Of a stretch of 64,000 bases of DNA, positions 27,461 to 40,561 are shown in pieces (position 1 is the first letter of the stretch; every line of letters starts with the position of its first letter). Under the pieces are notes generated by a model. That model worked only from the letters and a program-made list of their open reading frames with translations. It did not search any database and was not told the origin of the DNA. Origin of the DNA: Octopus vulgaris (lineage: Eukaryota); contig OX597826.1 in assembly GCA_951406725.2 (NCBI GenBank), positions 33,170,001 to 33,234,000 on the forward strand. The letters run 5' to 3'. The translations under genes and the position numbers were made by a program.

Positions 27461-28997
27461 GGGGGGGGTGCAGAAATATAGGGGAGCATCAGTGGGAGGG
27501 GTGAGAGGGGTAATGCATGGTGAAATAGCGTATTGAAGAGGGGGGTTCAAAGAGTAGACACCTATAATGGTGGTGGGGGGGGGTGCAGAAATATAGGGGA
27601 GCACCAGTGGGAGGGGTGAGCACCAGTGGGAGGGGTGGTTCAGAGGACAGGTTCTAGGCAAGTAGAACGTAGGATATCGAGAGAGGGGTAATGCATGGTG
27701 AAATAGCGTATTGAAGAGGGGGTTCAAAGAGTAGACACCTATAATGGTGGTGGGGGGTGCAGAAATATAGGGGAGCACCAGTGGGAGGGGTGGTTCAGAG
27801 GACAGGTTCTAGGCAAGTAGAACGTAGGATATCGAGAGAGGGGTAATGCATGGTGAAATAGCGTATTGAAGAGGGGGTTCAAAGAGTAGACACCTATAAT
27901 GGTGGTGGGGGGTGCAGAAATATAGGGGAGCACCAGTGGGAGGGGTGGTTCAGAGGACAGGTTCTAGGCAAGTAGAACGTAGGATATCGAGAGAGGGGTA
28001 ATGCATGGTGAAATAGCGTATTGAAGAGGGGGGTTCAAAGAGTAGACACCTATAATGGTGGTGGGGGGTGCAGAAATATAGGGGAGCACCAGTGGGAGGG
28101 GTGGTTCAGAGGACAGGTTCTAGGCAAGTAGAACGTAGGATATCGAGAGAGGGGTAATGCATGGTGAAATAGCGTATTGAAGAGGGGGTTCAAAGAGTAG
28201 ACACCTATAATGGTGGTGGGGGGTGCAGAAATATAGGGGAGCACCAGTGGGAGGGGTGGTTCAGAGGACAGGTTCTAGGCAAGTAGAACGTAGGATATCG
28301 AGAGAGGGGTAATGCATGGTGAAATAGCGTATTGAAGAGGGGGTTCAAAGAGTAGACACCTATAATGGTGGTGGGGGGTGCAGAAATATAGGGGAGCACC
28401 AGTGGGAGGGGTGGTTCAGAGGACAGGTTCTAGGCAAGTAGAACGTAGGATATCGAGAGAGGGGTAATGCATGGTGAAATAGCATATTGAAGAGGGGGGT
28501 TCAAAGAGTAGACACCTATAATGGTGGTGGGGGGTGCAGAAATATAGGGGAGCACCAGTGGGAGGGGTGGTTCAGAGGACAGGTTCTAGGCAAGTAGAAC
28601 GTAGGATATCGAGAGAGGGGTAATGCATGGTGAAATAGCGTATTGAAGAGGGGGTTCAAAGAGTAGACACCTATAATGGTGGTGGGGGGTGCAGAAATAT
28701 AGGGGAGCACCAGTGGGAGGGGTGGTTCAGAGGACAGGTTCTAGGCAAGTAGAACGTAGGATATCGAGAGAGGGGTAATGCATGGTGAAATAGCGTATTG
28801 AAGAGGGGGTTCAAAGAGTAGACACCTATAATGGTGGTGGGGGGTGCAGAAATATAGGGGAGCACCAGTGGGAGGGGTGGTTCAGAGGACAGGTTCTAGG
28901 CAAGTAGAACGTAGGATATCGAGAGAGGGGTAATGCATGGTGAAATAGCGTATTGAAGAGGGGGGTTCAAAGAGTAGACACCTATAATGGTGGTGGG
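27461..28997. repeat. Tandem array of ~10 copies of a 155/156-bp G/A-rich unit
   Basis: gcagaaatatagggga recurs at 27470, 27585, 27759, 27914, 28070, 28225, 28380, 28536, 28691 and 28846. Units are almost identical; complete units carry one GATATC and one ATGCAT. Confidence 0.97.
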
Positions 28998-29219
28998 AGA
29001 AACGACATCCGGTATAGTTGGAGCAAAATAGAGATATCCGGTATTGGTGGTGGGGGTGGGTAGGGCGGGCGCGCCGAGAAGAATCGGCAGCCAATTTCTA
29101 ATCAGCCCTGTAAGGGAGATAGATCTTAAATATCTATAACGATAACTAACGAATTATACAGAATATGCAAAAACGAGGCGAGGCTGAAATAGTAAACAGA
29201 GTGGAGACATATATATATA

Positions 29220-29255
<36 letters not shown>

Positions 29256-29695
29256 CAAATATATATATGTATAAATATATGTGCATATATACATGCACAT
29301 ATATTTATACATATATATATATACATATATACTTATAAATATATATATATACATATATACTTATAAATATATATATATATGTGTGTGCGTGTGTGGGCGC
29401 GTGTGTGTGTGGGCGCGTGTGTGTGTGTGTGTGTATGTAGAGAGAGAGAGAGAGAGAGAGAGACAGGGTGTTGTGAATATATTGTCATCTAAATTATGCA
29501 AAAAGGAAAATAACACTGATGTCTCATTTTAACAGATATATTTACCAAAATTACATGAAAATATCGTAAAATTCTAAAGAGTAAATTCATTCCATACATG
29601 ACAATGGAAAACAGGACAAATAAACACAGAGAAAGGAACCTTCATCAGTTGTCGGCTGTCTATCTACTCCTAGTTTTGAGCATATATACATATAC

Positions 29696-29775
<80 letters not shown>

Positions 29776-30022
29776 TCATCATCATCATTTAACGTCCGCT
29801 TTCCATGGTAGCATGGGTTATATATATATATATATACATATATACATATTTATATATATATATATATACATATATACATATTTATATATATATATACATA
29901 TATATATATACATATATATATACATATATATAAAATAGTAATATTAGGGAATAAATCCAAACTTACAGGGAAAAATTAGATTTAGGATTAAATCCAATTT
30001 TATAGTATAAATATATTATATT

Positions 30023-30161
30023 ATATTATATTAAATTAGAGATAAAATCACTATTAGGCAAATCAAAAAGTGAAAAACATAAGCCAATGCATAAAATTAT
30101 ATGTATTGGCTTATGTTTTTCACTATTTGATTTGCCTAATAGTGGTTTTATCTCTAATTTA

Positions 30162-30170
<9 letters not shown>
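30023..30170. repeat. Near-perfect palindrome with ~70-bp arms
   Basis: attaaattagagataaaatcactattaggcaaatcaaaaagtgaaaaacataagccaatgcata / tatgtattggcttatgtttttcactatttgatttgcctaatagtggttttatctctaatttaat. Confidence 0.92.
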
Positions 30171-30213
<43 letters not shown>

Positions 30214-31044
30214 TATAGATATATATACACATATACATATACATATACATACATATATATATATATTTATATATATGCAACTGGCTCTTTTCAATTTCTG
30301 TCTACTAATTCCACTCACAAGGCTTTGGTCAGCCCGAGGCTATAGTAAAAGACACTTGCCCTGGATGCCATGCAGTGGGAATACATTTATGTATAATTAA
30401 ATATATAATCTATGAACTACAAATGATAATTGTGTGTGTGTGTGTGTGTATTTATAAATATCTTGTAATTATTTTTTATTTGGTTTTTACAGGATTTTTG
30501 ATGCCAAATCACGTGTTGTCTCATCTCCCGTTGTTTTACTTTAATTTGAGAGGGTCATATTGTTAATAACATCACACATAACTGCCTTTGTTCACTTCTG
30601 TTTTATTACTCAGTAACTAATTAGTAAAATAATTAACTTATTAATTAATTGATTTGTCAGAATCTTTTCATCACTCCCCGTAACCACATCAGTGACATGC
30701 CCTTTATGCATTCACTTCATGTTTCTTGCTTGTTTTCTATAAAAGCAACAAAAAACGTAGACATTTTAAGAAACCATCGCAGAGATGATGCACGCACGCA
30801 TGCACTCACACATGCACATACATACATACATACACACATACACACATACATACACATATACATACATAGATACATGCTTAAACATACACACACACATATA
30901 TTCATACACACATACACACATACACACACATACACACACACATATACACACATACACACATACACACATACACACATACACACACATACACACACAGACA
31001 CATATGCATAAATACACACATATACTCACACACAAACTCACACA

Positions 31045-31086
<42 letters not shown>

Positions 31087-31729
31087 GTCTCACTTGCAAT
31101 TAGGCATGCATGCAAGCACAGACTTCTAACGTAACTTTGCACACACTCACACATTCATACAAAAGCGTTCTCTCTCTCTCTCTTTCCCATGGATAGTCTT
31201 TTTCCCTCTCTTTCTCTCTCATAAACACATATAACCATACAGACACATTTTACACACACACATATCGATACACACACATATCGATACACACACATATCGA
31301 TACACACACATATCAATGGACACACACACACATGCACACACACACACACACACACATCTCACTCTCTCTTTCACCCAGCCACAAGCACACATGCACTGCA
31401 CATACACACATGCATATACACATATCACTGCATATGCACACACACACATGTGCACGCGTATACCCGAGGGTTTCTCATTATATATTGATTTCTTTATTTT
31501 ATTTTCATTTTCTCCAAATTTCATTCATGACTTGCAGCTGGGGGGTTGGTGGGGGTGGAGATGCACGAGAGGGGAGTGTTATGTGACGGTAGTGGTGGTG
31601 AAGACGGTTGTGTTGGTGTCTGAAGCGATGGCTGTGGTGGCGAGGACAATATAAAGTAAAGCTAAGTACAGCTGTGATGATGACAGTGATAACGATGATG
31701 ATGATGATGATGATGAGTGACTATAAGAT

Positions 31730-32255
31730 GGTGGTGTTGGGGTATGACATTACAATGATGTTGGTGGGAGGTGGGTGGTGAAGGTAAGGGTAGTGGTGGT
31801 GGTGGTGAGGGTAGTAGTGGTGTTGTGGTGGTGATGGTGGTAGAGGTGGTGATGGTGGTAGAGGTGGTGGTGGTGGTGGTGATGGTGGTGGTGGTGGTGA
31901 TGGTATTGGTAGAGGTGGTGGGGAGATGGAAGTGGTGGTGGAGGTGGTGGTGGTGGTGGTAGTGGTGATTGTGGTGTGGTGGTGGTGGTGGTGGTGATGA
32001 TCTTGGGAGAGGTGGTGGTGGTGGTGGTGATGGTCTTGGGAGAGGTGGTGGTGGTGGGATGGAAGTGGTTGTGGTGGTGAAGGTGGTGGTGGTGGTAGTG
32101 ATGGCTTTGGTAGAGGTGGTGGTGGAGGTGGTGGTGGTGATGGTGGCGGTGGGTTGTGTTGGTGGTGTTGGTTGGTGATGGTGGAAGTGGTGGTGTTGAT
32201 GGTGGTAGTGGTGGAAGTGGTGGTAGTTGTGGTGGTGGTGATGATGGTGGTCGTA
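31730..32255. repeat. Degenerate (GGT)n tract; a second tract at 34320-34765
   Basis: Directly visible. These explain the poly-Pro/Thr/His/Val pseudo-ORFs. Confidence 0.95.
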
Positions 32256-32696
32256 GGAGCAGCAAATAGGGAAAAGGAGAACATAGATATGAGATAAGGG
32301 AGAGTTGGGAGAGGTATTGACAACAGTATGGTGGTGGCACTGGTGACAGTGAATGATGGAGTAATATGTTGCTCTGGTTGCTGTTGTTGTTCATGTTGGT
32401 GTGGTGGTAAGAATGGTGAGAGTGGTAGTGTGAGGAAGAAGACAAATTGTGGTTGTTGATGTTGCTATTACTGTTATTGTTACTGTTGTTGTTGAACCCC
32501 ACATCAGTCCTGATCGAACAGACTTATGGTCAAAGGTGCTCCAACCTCGCCCATCCCAACTTTTTCCAGATCACAAGGAATCTTGAACAATATTATCCAC
32601 TAAATACTGTGATCTTCTGTAAGATGGTTTGTGGTTGTTTAGCAGTGATTTCTACCAGGTTTTGTGGCCCTGTAGGGTTCTCCTTCATTGGTTCAT

Positions 32697-32732
<36 letters not shown>

Positions 32733-33325
32733 GTATATATACACACACTGAGAAGACCCAGCAAATAAAATCAGTTCACAGCCATAACCTACACCAGTGT
32801 CGCATAACCAGCATGCTTGAGGAGACCTATTGAGTCAAGTACATCAAAATCACATTGAAATGGAAATTGTAGTTGTGAACCCCATGCTGGTGACATAAAA
32901 AGCACCATCCGAATGTGGCCGATGCCAGTGTCACCTTGACTGGCTCCCATGCCGGTGGCACATAAAAAGCACCATCTGATCATGGTCAATGCCAGCCCCC
33001 TCTGGCCCCTGTGCCGGTGGCACGTAAAAAGCACCCACTACACTCACGGAGTGGTTGGTGTTAGGAAGGGCATCCAGCTGTAAAAACACTACCAGATTAG
33101 ATTGGAGCTTGGTGCAGCTTCCTGGCTTCCCAGACCCCAGTCGAACTGTCCAACCTATGCCAGCATGGAAAACGGACATTAAACGATGATGAGGATGATA
33201 TATATATATATATATAAATATATATAAATAAATATATATGACAAGAATTGCAGTGTGGAAGGTGTTTGTAAGCCATTTAAGAAACACACAAAAGCCGTTC
33301 AATTCACTTCAACATTTAAGTTTAA

Positions 33326-33376
33326 TTTGTCAAAATATTTTCGGCGCTTTAAGACAGCAACCTGTTCACTGAGAAA
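33326..33376 (-). ncRNA. Type I hammerhead-like fold with a G3-C8 swapped core
   Basis: Minus strand reads tttctca-GTGAACA-g-gttgc tgtcttaaa gcgcc-GAAA-atat-TT-tgacaaa. It lies in a ~150-bp element inside (TA)n. Confidence 0.6.
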
Positions 33377-35025
33377 AATCCGTGCTGATATATATATGTG
33401 TGTGTGTGTATATATATATATATACATGTATGTGTGTGTGTATATATGTATGTATATATGTATGTATTGTCATAGATGTCAGTTGTCCTGTAGGTGTGAA
33501 TATCTCTTTGAAAATCAAAGAGAAAGATGATAACTATAAAAACTGGTTTGAAACTTTCAGCTTCTGTGTCCAAATTACAAATTCAGATGTGAAGAAATGG
33601 CAAAATGGCTAACAATCTGGATAAGCTAGGGTTTTTAGAAATAGATATCAACCAACTAATTTGTGTATTATAAATACAATCTGTGAGGGGAACAGTAAAA
33701 ATATGCAAAACTTTTCTCAAATTTAAAATGTGGTTTTGTTTTTGTTCTCCACATTCCAAATATGGAGCTTTGTATACATCCGTTTGTGGCTGTTGCCAGC
33801 CTCGCCTGGCCCCCATGCCGGAGGCATGTAATTAGCACCATCTGATCGCGGCCGTTGCCAGCCTCGCCTGGCCCCCGTGCTGGTGGCACGTAAAAAGCAC
33901 CATCCGTCCATGGCCGTTTGCCAGCTCCGTCTGGCACCTGTGCAGGTGGCAGTAAAAAGCACCCACTACACTCTTGGAGTGGTTGGCGTTAGGAAGGGCA
34001 TCCAGCCGTAGAAACACTGCCAGATCAGACTGGGCCTGATGCAGACTTCTGGCTTCACAGACCCCAGTTGAACCATCCAACCCATGCTAGTATGGAAAGC
34101 GGACGCTAAATGATGATGATGATGATGATGTATCTTTGTAAGAAACCAGCTCCTTCCTCGACAGAAGAATTTAAATAATTAGAAATGGAAGCAAACACAC
34201 ACATGCATATATACATACATACACACATCCACAACACCATAGAGAGTGATTTGATCAAGACTGGCTGCTCTTTCTGTCAGATCAAGTTATATTGAGGTCA
34301 TTCTCATTATGATAAGATGGTAGATGGTAGTGGTTGCAATACAGGATTGGTGATTGCAGTTATATAGGTAGTGGTAGTGATAGTGGTGGTGTTGGTGGTA
34401 GTGATGGTAGTGGTAGAAGTGGTGATGGTGGTTGTGATGGTTGTGGAGGTTGTGGTGATGGTGATGGTGGGGATGCAGGGATGCTCATCGTGGTGGTGGT
34501 GGTAATGGTATAGATAGTGGTGACTGCAGTGACAATTGCAGTGGTGGTGGTAGTTGTGCTAGTGGTGGTGCTGCTGGTGCTGGTGGTGAAGTTGGTGGTG
34601 TTGCTTGTGGTGTAGGTTGTGGTAGTGACAGTAAAGATAGTACTGATTGCAGTGGTGGTGGTGGTGGTGGTGGTGGTAGTGGTGGTGGTGTTGTTGTTGG
34701 TGGTGGTGGTAGTGATGGTGGTGGTGGTGGTGATGGTGGTGGTGGTGGTGGTGGTGGTAGCAGTGATGCTTTCAGTACTCAATATATATACATGTATGTT
34801 TCCTATTGTTCATTTCCGCACCACTGTTATCTCTAATGGAATCCTTCCCCTTCTCTTCCCCCCCCTCCTTCTCTCTTCCTCCACCCCACCCAATTTATCC
34901 TGTTCTGCTTCTTAACAAAGAAATGAATCATAGATCAGTATGTGCATTTCCATGTTACACATGTTAGGTGTGTATGCGTGTATATATATATATGTATATG
35001 TATATGTATGTATGTATATATATAC

Positions 35026-35059
<34 letters not shown>

Positions 35060-35193
35060 ATATGTATGTATATATGTATGTGTATATATATGTATATATA
35101 TATATATATATGTATGTATGTGTGTGTGTATGTGTGTGTACATGTGTGCGTAGACTCATGCATGTATAGCCATTCATGTTTTATATGTACGTA

Positions 35194-35226
<33 letters not shown>

Positions 35227-35374
35227 CACAAACAAAAAGGAAAAATTACAAAGACTAAATGAAAAATAAAATGAAGACAATTAAAGAAATTCTTCCAGGT
35301 TTCTAATCCTTTCAAAGTCAGCAAATGTTGTGGGAGAAGGGTGAGGTGGGTGAGGAGAGGGAAAATCATGTATA

Positions 35375-35417
<43 letters not shown>

Positions 35418-36011
35418 GAACAACATATATAATAAAACATATCTAAAAGAAAACAAAAACTTACAGATAATTAAAAATTGACAACTTTTACTTTGCACCC
35501 TTCTTTTTAGGCTCATAGATATTTACACACACACACACACACACATACACACACACACACACACACATACTTACACACGCATATATATGTACATACATAA
35601 GCACACACAGATACACATATACATTCATACACTCATATATACCTGTAATCAGTGCGATAGGTTCAACTGAACACCTGGCAGAAATTGATATTTTCGGTGG
35701 TGTCTTTTTTTAGGAACTTTTTTTTACTGTAATTTTTTGGGGAGGTGGATGGGAGAAGGTGGATGGGGGAGGGGTATTCTTTTGTGATCGCCTCTGTCTT
35801 TTCCTTCCTTTTTTGGGATTTTTTCTACGTTTCCTCTATTTAAAAGTAAATTACTACAAGAGTTACAACAATAACAGCAACAACACTGATAGAATAAAAC
35901 GATTCATAGAAATATACATACATTCACTCATGTGTGAGTGTGTGTGTGTGTGTAAGTGCGTGTGTGCATATATACACATATATACGCATATATACATACA
36001 CACATACAAGC

Positions 36012-36052
<41 letters not shown>

Positions 36053-36119
36053 CACGCGTGTATGTGTAGGTACACATGTCTGTCTATCTGTCTATTTGTC
36101 AATACCTATAATATATATA

Positions 36120-36235
36120 ATATATATATAATATGTATATAATATATACATATATGATATATCATCATCATCATCATCGTTTGATGATGATGATATATCA
36201 TATATGTATATATTATATACATATTATATATATAT
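36120..36235. repeat. Fold-back palindrome, ~54-bp arms, loop TCATCGTT
   Basis: 36182-36235 is the reverse complement of 36120-36173. Confidence 0.85.
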
Positions 36236-36269
36236 GTATATATGTATATGTGTTTATATACATACATTC

Positions 36270-36354
<85 letters not shown>

Positions 36355-39184
36355 CACACACACACACACACACACATATATACATATATACACACACACA
36401 CATACACAATCACACACACATGGGCAAGAAAGGGAGAGGCAAAGAGAGACAGAGAAAGAAAATGTCTGAGAGTAAAGAACATCAAATTCTACCGTTTCAG
36501 GAATTTAAGTCAATTAAATCTGTTTTAATCTTCTATTTATCTGTTTCCTAATTCGTAGTCTTGTAGGAAGATTATGGTGGCTTCTTGGGTGGATGCCATT
36601 TTCTTTAACCTTGGGTTAACTCATAACCTTGTGAGGGAAACTGGTATAGAAGGAAACTGAAGTGAAGCTTATCAAATGCAGTGTACCAGTAAGTCAAAAA
36701 GTACAACAGTGCTACACACTGTGTTACACTGATTTTGCTAGAGAATATGTTAAGGCTACACATGTCTTTAGTATACTCAGCCATCTTCATACTAATCCAA
36801 TGAGCAAATAGTTCAGTTAATTGAACAATTGATTCTTTCCATCATCATCATCATCATCATTATCTTCATCATCATTTAACATCCATATCTGCAAAAAGGC
36901 ACTCAGTCCATTCCGTGAAGTGGTTGGTGCTAGAAAGGGCCTCTGGGTAAAACAGTTAAAAGGGAGCCTGGTGCAGTCTTCTGGTTTGACAGGAACTGGC
37001 AAACCATTCAACACATGCCACATAATGGAAAACAGACGAAAAATGACGATGATGATGATAATGATGATGATGATGATGATGATGATTATGGTGTTCGTGA
37101 TGATGGTGATGATGATGGCAATGATGATGATGATGGTGATGATGATGATGGCAATGATGATGATGATGGTAATGATGATGATGATGGTGATGATGATGAT
37201 GGCAATGATGATGATGATGGTAATGATGATGATGATGATGATGGTGATGATGATGTTCGTGATGATGATGGCAATGATGATGATGATGGTGGTGGTGGTT
37301 GTGGTGGTGATCCCATGCTGGCTTTGGTTGGAATAAAGGTGCCCGTGGCAATCGCCCTTTTTGACCCCCCTATAAATCCAGCCCTGCTCACATCCCCTGG
37401 AATGCTATCTCTGGTTGGGAAACCCTGCTTTAGGGTCTGACAGGTGGGAGATTTTTCTTTTTTGCTCTTTGTTTTAGGTCTAGCTACCATGTAAATGTCT
37501 CTCTCTTGAGGGCTCATATACAGAAATATACAAGAAGACAATAGATGTGATTTGAGGTGTATTTTGCTGCTATTTCTATCAGGTTCTTACTACTACTTCT
37601 ACTATATATACACATACACACAAACACTGCCATGTGGAAGTGTCTGTGCAGTGCTACACAAAAGCTCTCTTGCAGTACTACATGAAAGCACCCAGTACAC
37701 TCTGTGAAGTGGTTGGCTTTAGGAAGTGCATCCAGCCATAGAAAGCCATACTAAATCACACGGGGGTCTGGTGCAGCTTCTCAGATTGCCAGCTCTGATC
37801 ACATCGTCCAACCCATGCCAGCATGGACAACAGATGTTAAAAGATGATGATGATGATGAAGATAGTTGGGTCTAATCTGAGAAGAGATTTGGCTGCTATT
37901 TCTGCTGTTTCAATCAGGTCAGGTCCCATATAAGAGACTCTCATATTTTGCTCATACACACTCATACACACGTACACACAAAATAACACGCAATAACACA
38001 CACAAAACACACATGCACACACACTCAAGCAGTTTTATATACTCATTAATTAATAAGATAATTATCATTTAAGTGCAGACTCACCTCTGGTGCCACAATT
38101 GCATCCTCTTCACTCTTTCTCTATTCATTTAATATAATTAACTAATTAACTAAGTTTACTAATGTATCAACAAACCATTTCATTAACTTTCTTATACTTA
38201 ACTAGTAGATGCAGTCACGGTTGTGGCTGTGTGGTAAGAAGCTTGCCTCTTAATCATGTGGTTCTGGGTTCAGTTCCACAGCGTGGCACCTTAGGAATAA
38301 ATGTTTTTACTAATATCTCGGGTTAACCAAAGCCTTTTGAGTGGATTTTAGGGGACAGAAACTGAAAGAAGCCTCTATGTATATGTGTGTGCATGTGTGT
38401 GTTTTTCCCCACCCTTCTGCTTGATAACTGGTGTTGGTGCATTTACATCCCAATAATTTAGTAGCTTGGCATAAGAGACTGACAGAATAAGTACGAGGCT
38501 TTAAAAAAAGTGCAAAAAAACAAAGCTGGAGTTGATTTATTTAACTAAAAATTCTTCAAGGCAGTGCCCCAGCATGGCCACAATGAAATGGCTAAAACAA
38601 GTAAAAAAATTTTAAATCGAAAAAAAAGCCAAGCACAATGTTCTCTCTCTCACGAAACCTTTTCTTGTTCTGTCATTTTAATCTTAAAAACAGTGATTAC
38701 CAGAAAGAAAAGCTGTATAGATAATGCTGATTGGAAGATAAACTGAGTGAAACAAATTTGAAATATTTTTATTACTTTGAGTAAAATTAGAGTACCTGGA
38801 TCTAATTCTGGTGCACAAAGTCCATTACAGTAATCTTGCCTTGGCATTTGATGCCTTCTTTAGCATTACAGCCTTAAAGGTCATCGTATAATGGATTGAG
38901 GAAGTCGGGTGAGAGAACTAAGTGCAAAATTGTTTTATGATTTCGTAAGCATAAAGGCTAGTGATGTTGAGGGGAGGGGATTAACCAATTACATCAATGT
39001 CACAGCCTGGATGGTAATTCTTTTTTGTTTTTTTTTTATTTTATCAACCCTGAAGGGATGAGAGGCAAAGTTGAATTTGCTGGGGTTTGAACTTGGAATG
39101 TAGAGTCAGAGCAAGTAGCACAAAGCTACTTTTTTATATTCTGTGCTCTAACAATTCTGCTAGTTAATAATAACAATAGAAATA

Positions 39185-39254
<70 letters not shown>

Positions 39255-39268
39255 TAATAATAATAATA

Positions 39269-39633
39269 ACAAGAGCACTCAGAGAGCATAAACTTCTGCC
39301 AAGGTAACACCAACATCCTCTCAACGATTAGCCGGAGATGATTTTTAAAATGAGAATATCTGAAATAAACTTGACTGTTTTCACAAACGAGAATACTAAA
39401 AATGAACTTGACCGTTCTCAAAAATTTAAGCAAAAAACAGGAGAAATAATCCAGAATCCTTGTTCAGTACTAGATCGATCCCAAAATCTAATCAATTTGT
39501 GCCAGTCACGAGTCCAAACATCCCTGAAAGTTTCATTGAAATCCATCCCGCGGTTCTTGTGATATCTTGTCCACGGACAAACAAACAAAGACAACTGAAA
39601 ACTATTCCTCCGCCTTAGCGAAGGCGGATGTAA
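39269..39633 (+). mobile_element. Helentron-associated non-autonomous element (HINE / DINE-1-like)
   Basis: A sub-terminal ttctgccaagg near the left end, a short (acaa)n microsatellite, a terminal hairpin tccgcctt-agcg-aaggcgga at 39609-39628, and taa flanks. Confidence 0.55.
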
Positions 39634-39736
39634 TAAATGCTGATGATATTAATGATAAAATCTTTCATACAGAAAGACTATTAAGGACCATGACATGTAC
39701 AAGTATGGACCAGGGATATATATATATATATATATA

Positions 39737-40289
39737 TATCCAGATCTCACAGAGAGTAAGGGCCGGATGGAAGGCATTCAATGGCATAAGGGATGTGTTC
39801 AAGGGAAGGTTGGACAGGACCACCCACACCAGCCTCATTAACAGTGCAGTTCTGCCTGCAATGTTATACGGTAGTGAAACATGGGCTACCACAAAGAGAG
39901 AAGAGCAAAGACTGGTAATGGCTCAAAGAGCCATGGAAAGGTCAATGCTTGGTATCTCGTTGAGAGAGCACATAAGTAGCAAGATCATCAGAAAGAAGTC
40001 CGGCGTGAGAGATGTCATCGCAGAGTATACACGCAGCAAGTATAAATGGGCTGGACACGTCGCCTGGCTCACCGATAATCGGTGGACGCACGCAGTTGTC
40101 GAGTGGTACTCGCGTGAGTGGAAAAGACCACCCAGAAGACGTCCACGACGGTGGATTTATGATTTCAGGAGAACGATTGGGGTCACGTGGATGAGAAAGG
40201 CGCGATCCAGAGAGGAGTGGACAGCGTGCTATGACCAGCGGTATCAAATGGACGCCTGACGGACTGATCGATCAAGGTGATCAAGGTGA

Positions 40290-40290
<1 letters not shown>
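39737..40290 (+). pseudogene. 5'-truncated RTE-clade LINE: RT C-terminal region and short 3' tail
   Basis: ISQRVRAGWKAF..VLPAMLYGSETWATTK..QRAMERSMLGISLREH..KWAGHVAWLTDNRWT..W..KRPPRRRPRRW (stop at 40257). A tandem tail gatcaaggtgatcaaggtgat follows, and the element is inserted in (TA)n. Confidence 0.9.
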
Positions 40291-40325
<35 letters not shown>

Positions 40326-40470
40326 AAAAGCAATTAAGATTCAAGTCAATTCTAATGAATTTACTTGAATGCGGTACTTAACTTAGATGCACCAGAAAAC
40401 TATATGGTGTTAACCATACAGTAATGTGGGGTGATTATAAACGAGAAAGAAGCAACAAGAATGGATTAGT

Positions 40471-40561
40471 TTTTAGTACAATTGTTTCATACAAAGACAG
40501 GCTTTATTAAAAGTTGCAAAAATTGCAGCAGATAAAAGTGTCCCGTACTCATCAGCTAAAA
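40471..40561 (-). ncRNA. Type I hammerhead ribozyme: canonical core, long stem II, palindromic stem III
   Basis: Minus strand reads ttttag-CTGATGA-gtacgggaca...tgtctttgtat-GAAA-caattg-TA-ctaaaa. Stem I is a perfect 6 bp. Confidence 0.8.

Noticed and set aside
27461-28997. CRISPR-like array, or repeated 64-aa ORFs
   Set aside because: Units are near-identical end to end with no unique spacers; the context is eukaryotic and there are no cas genes. The ORFs are by-products of the repeat.
29590-29685. Minus-strand CTGATGA in a short repeat-like segment
   Set aside because: No GAAA at a suitable position and no closing stems within the fragment.
31255-31320. 16-bp minisatellite acacacacatatcgat, about 4 copies
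   Set aside because: An ordinary slippage derivative of a CA/TA microsatellite.
39567-39736. N-terminal part of the 230-aa ORF
   Set aside because: It derives from the HINE end and (TA)n read in frame by chance; only 39737 onward is RTE.
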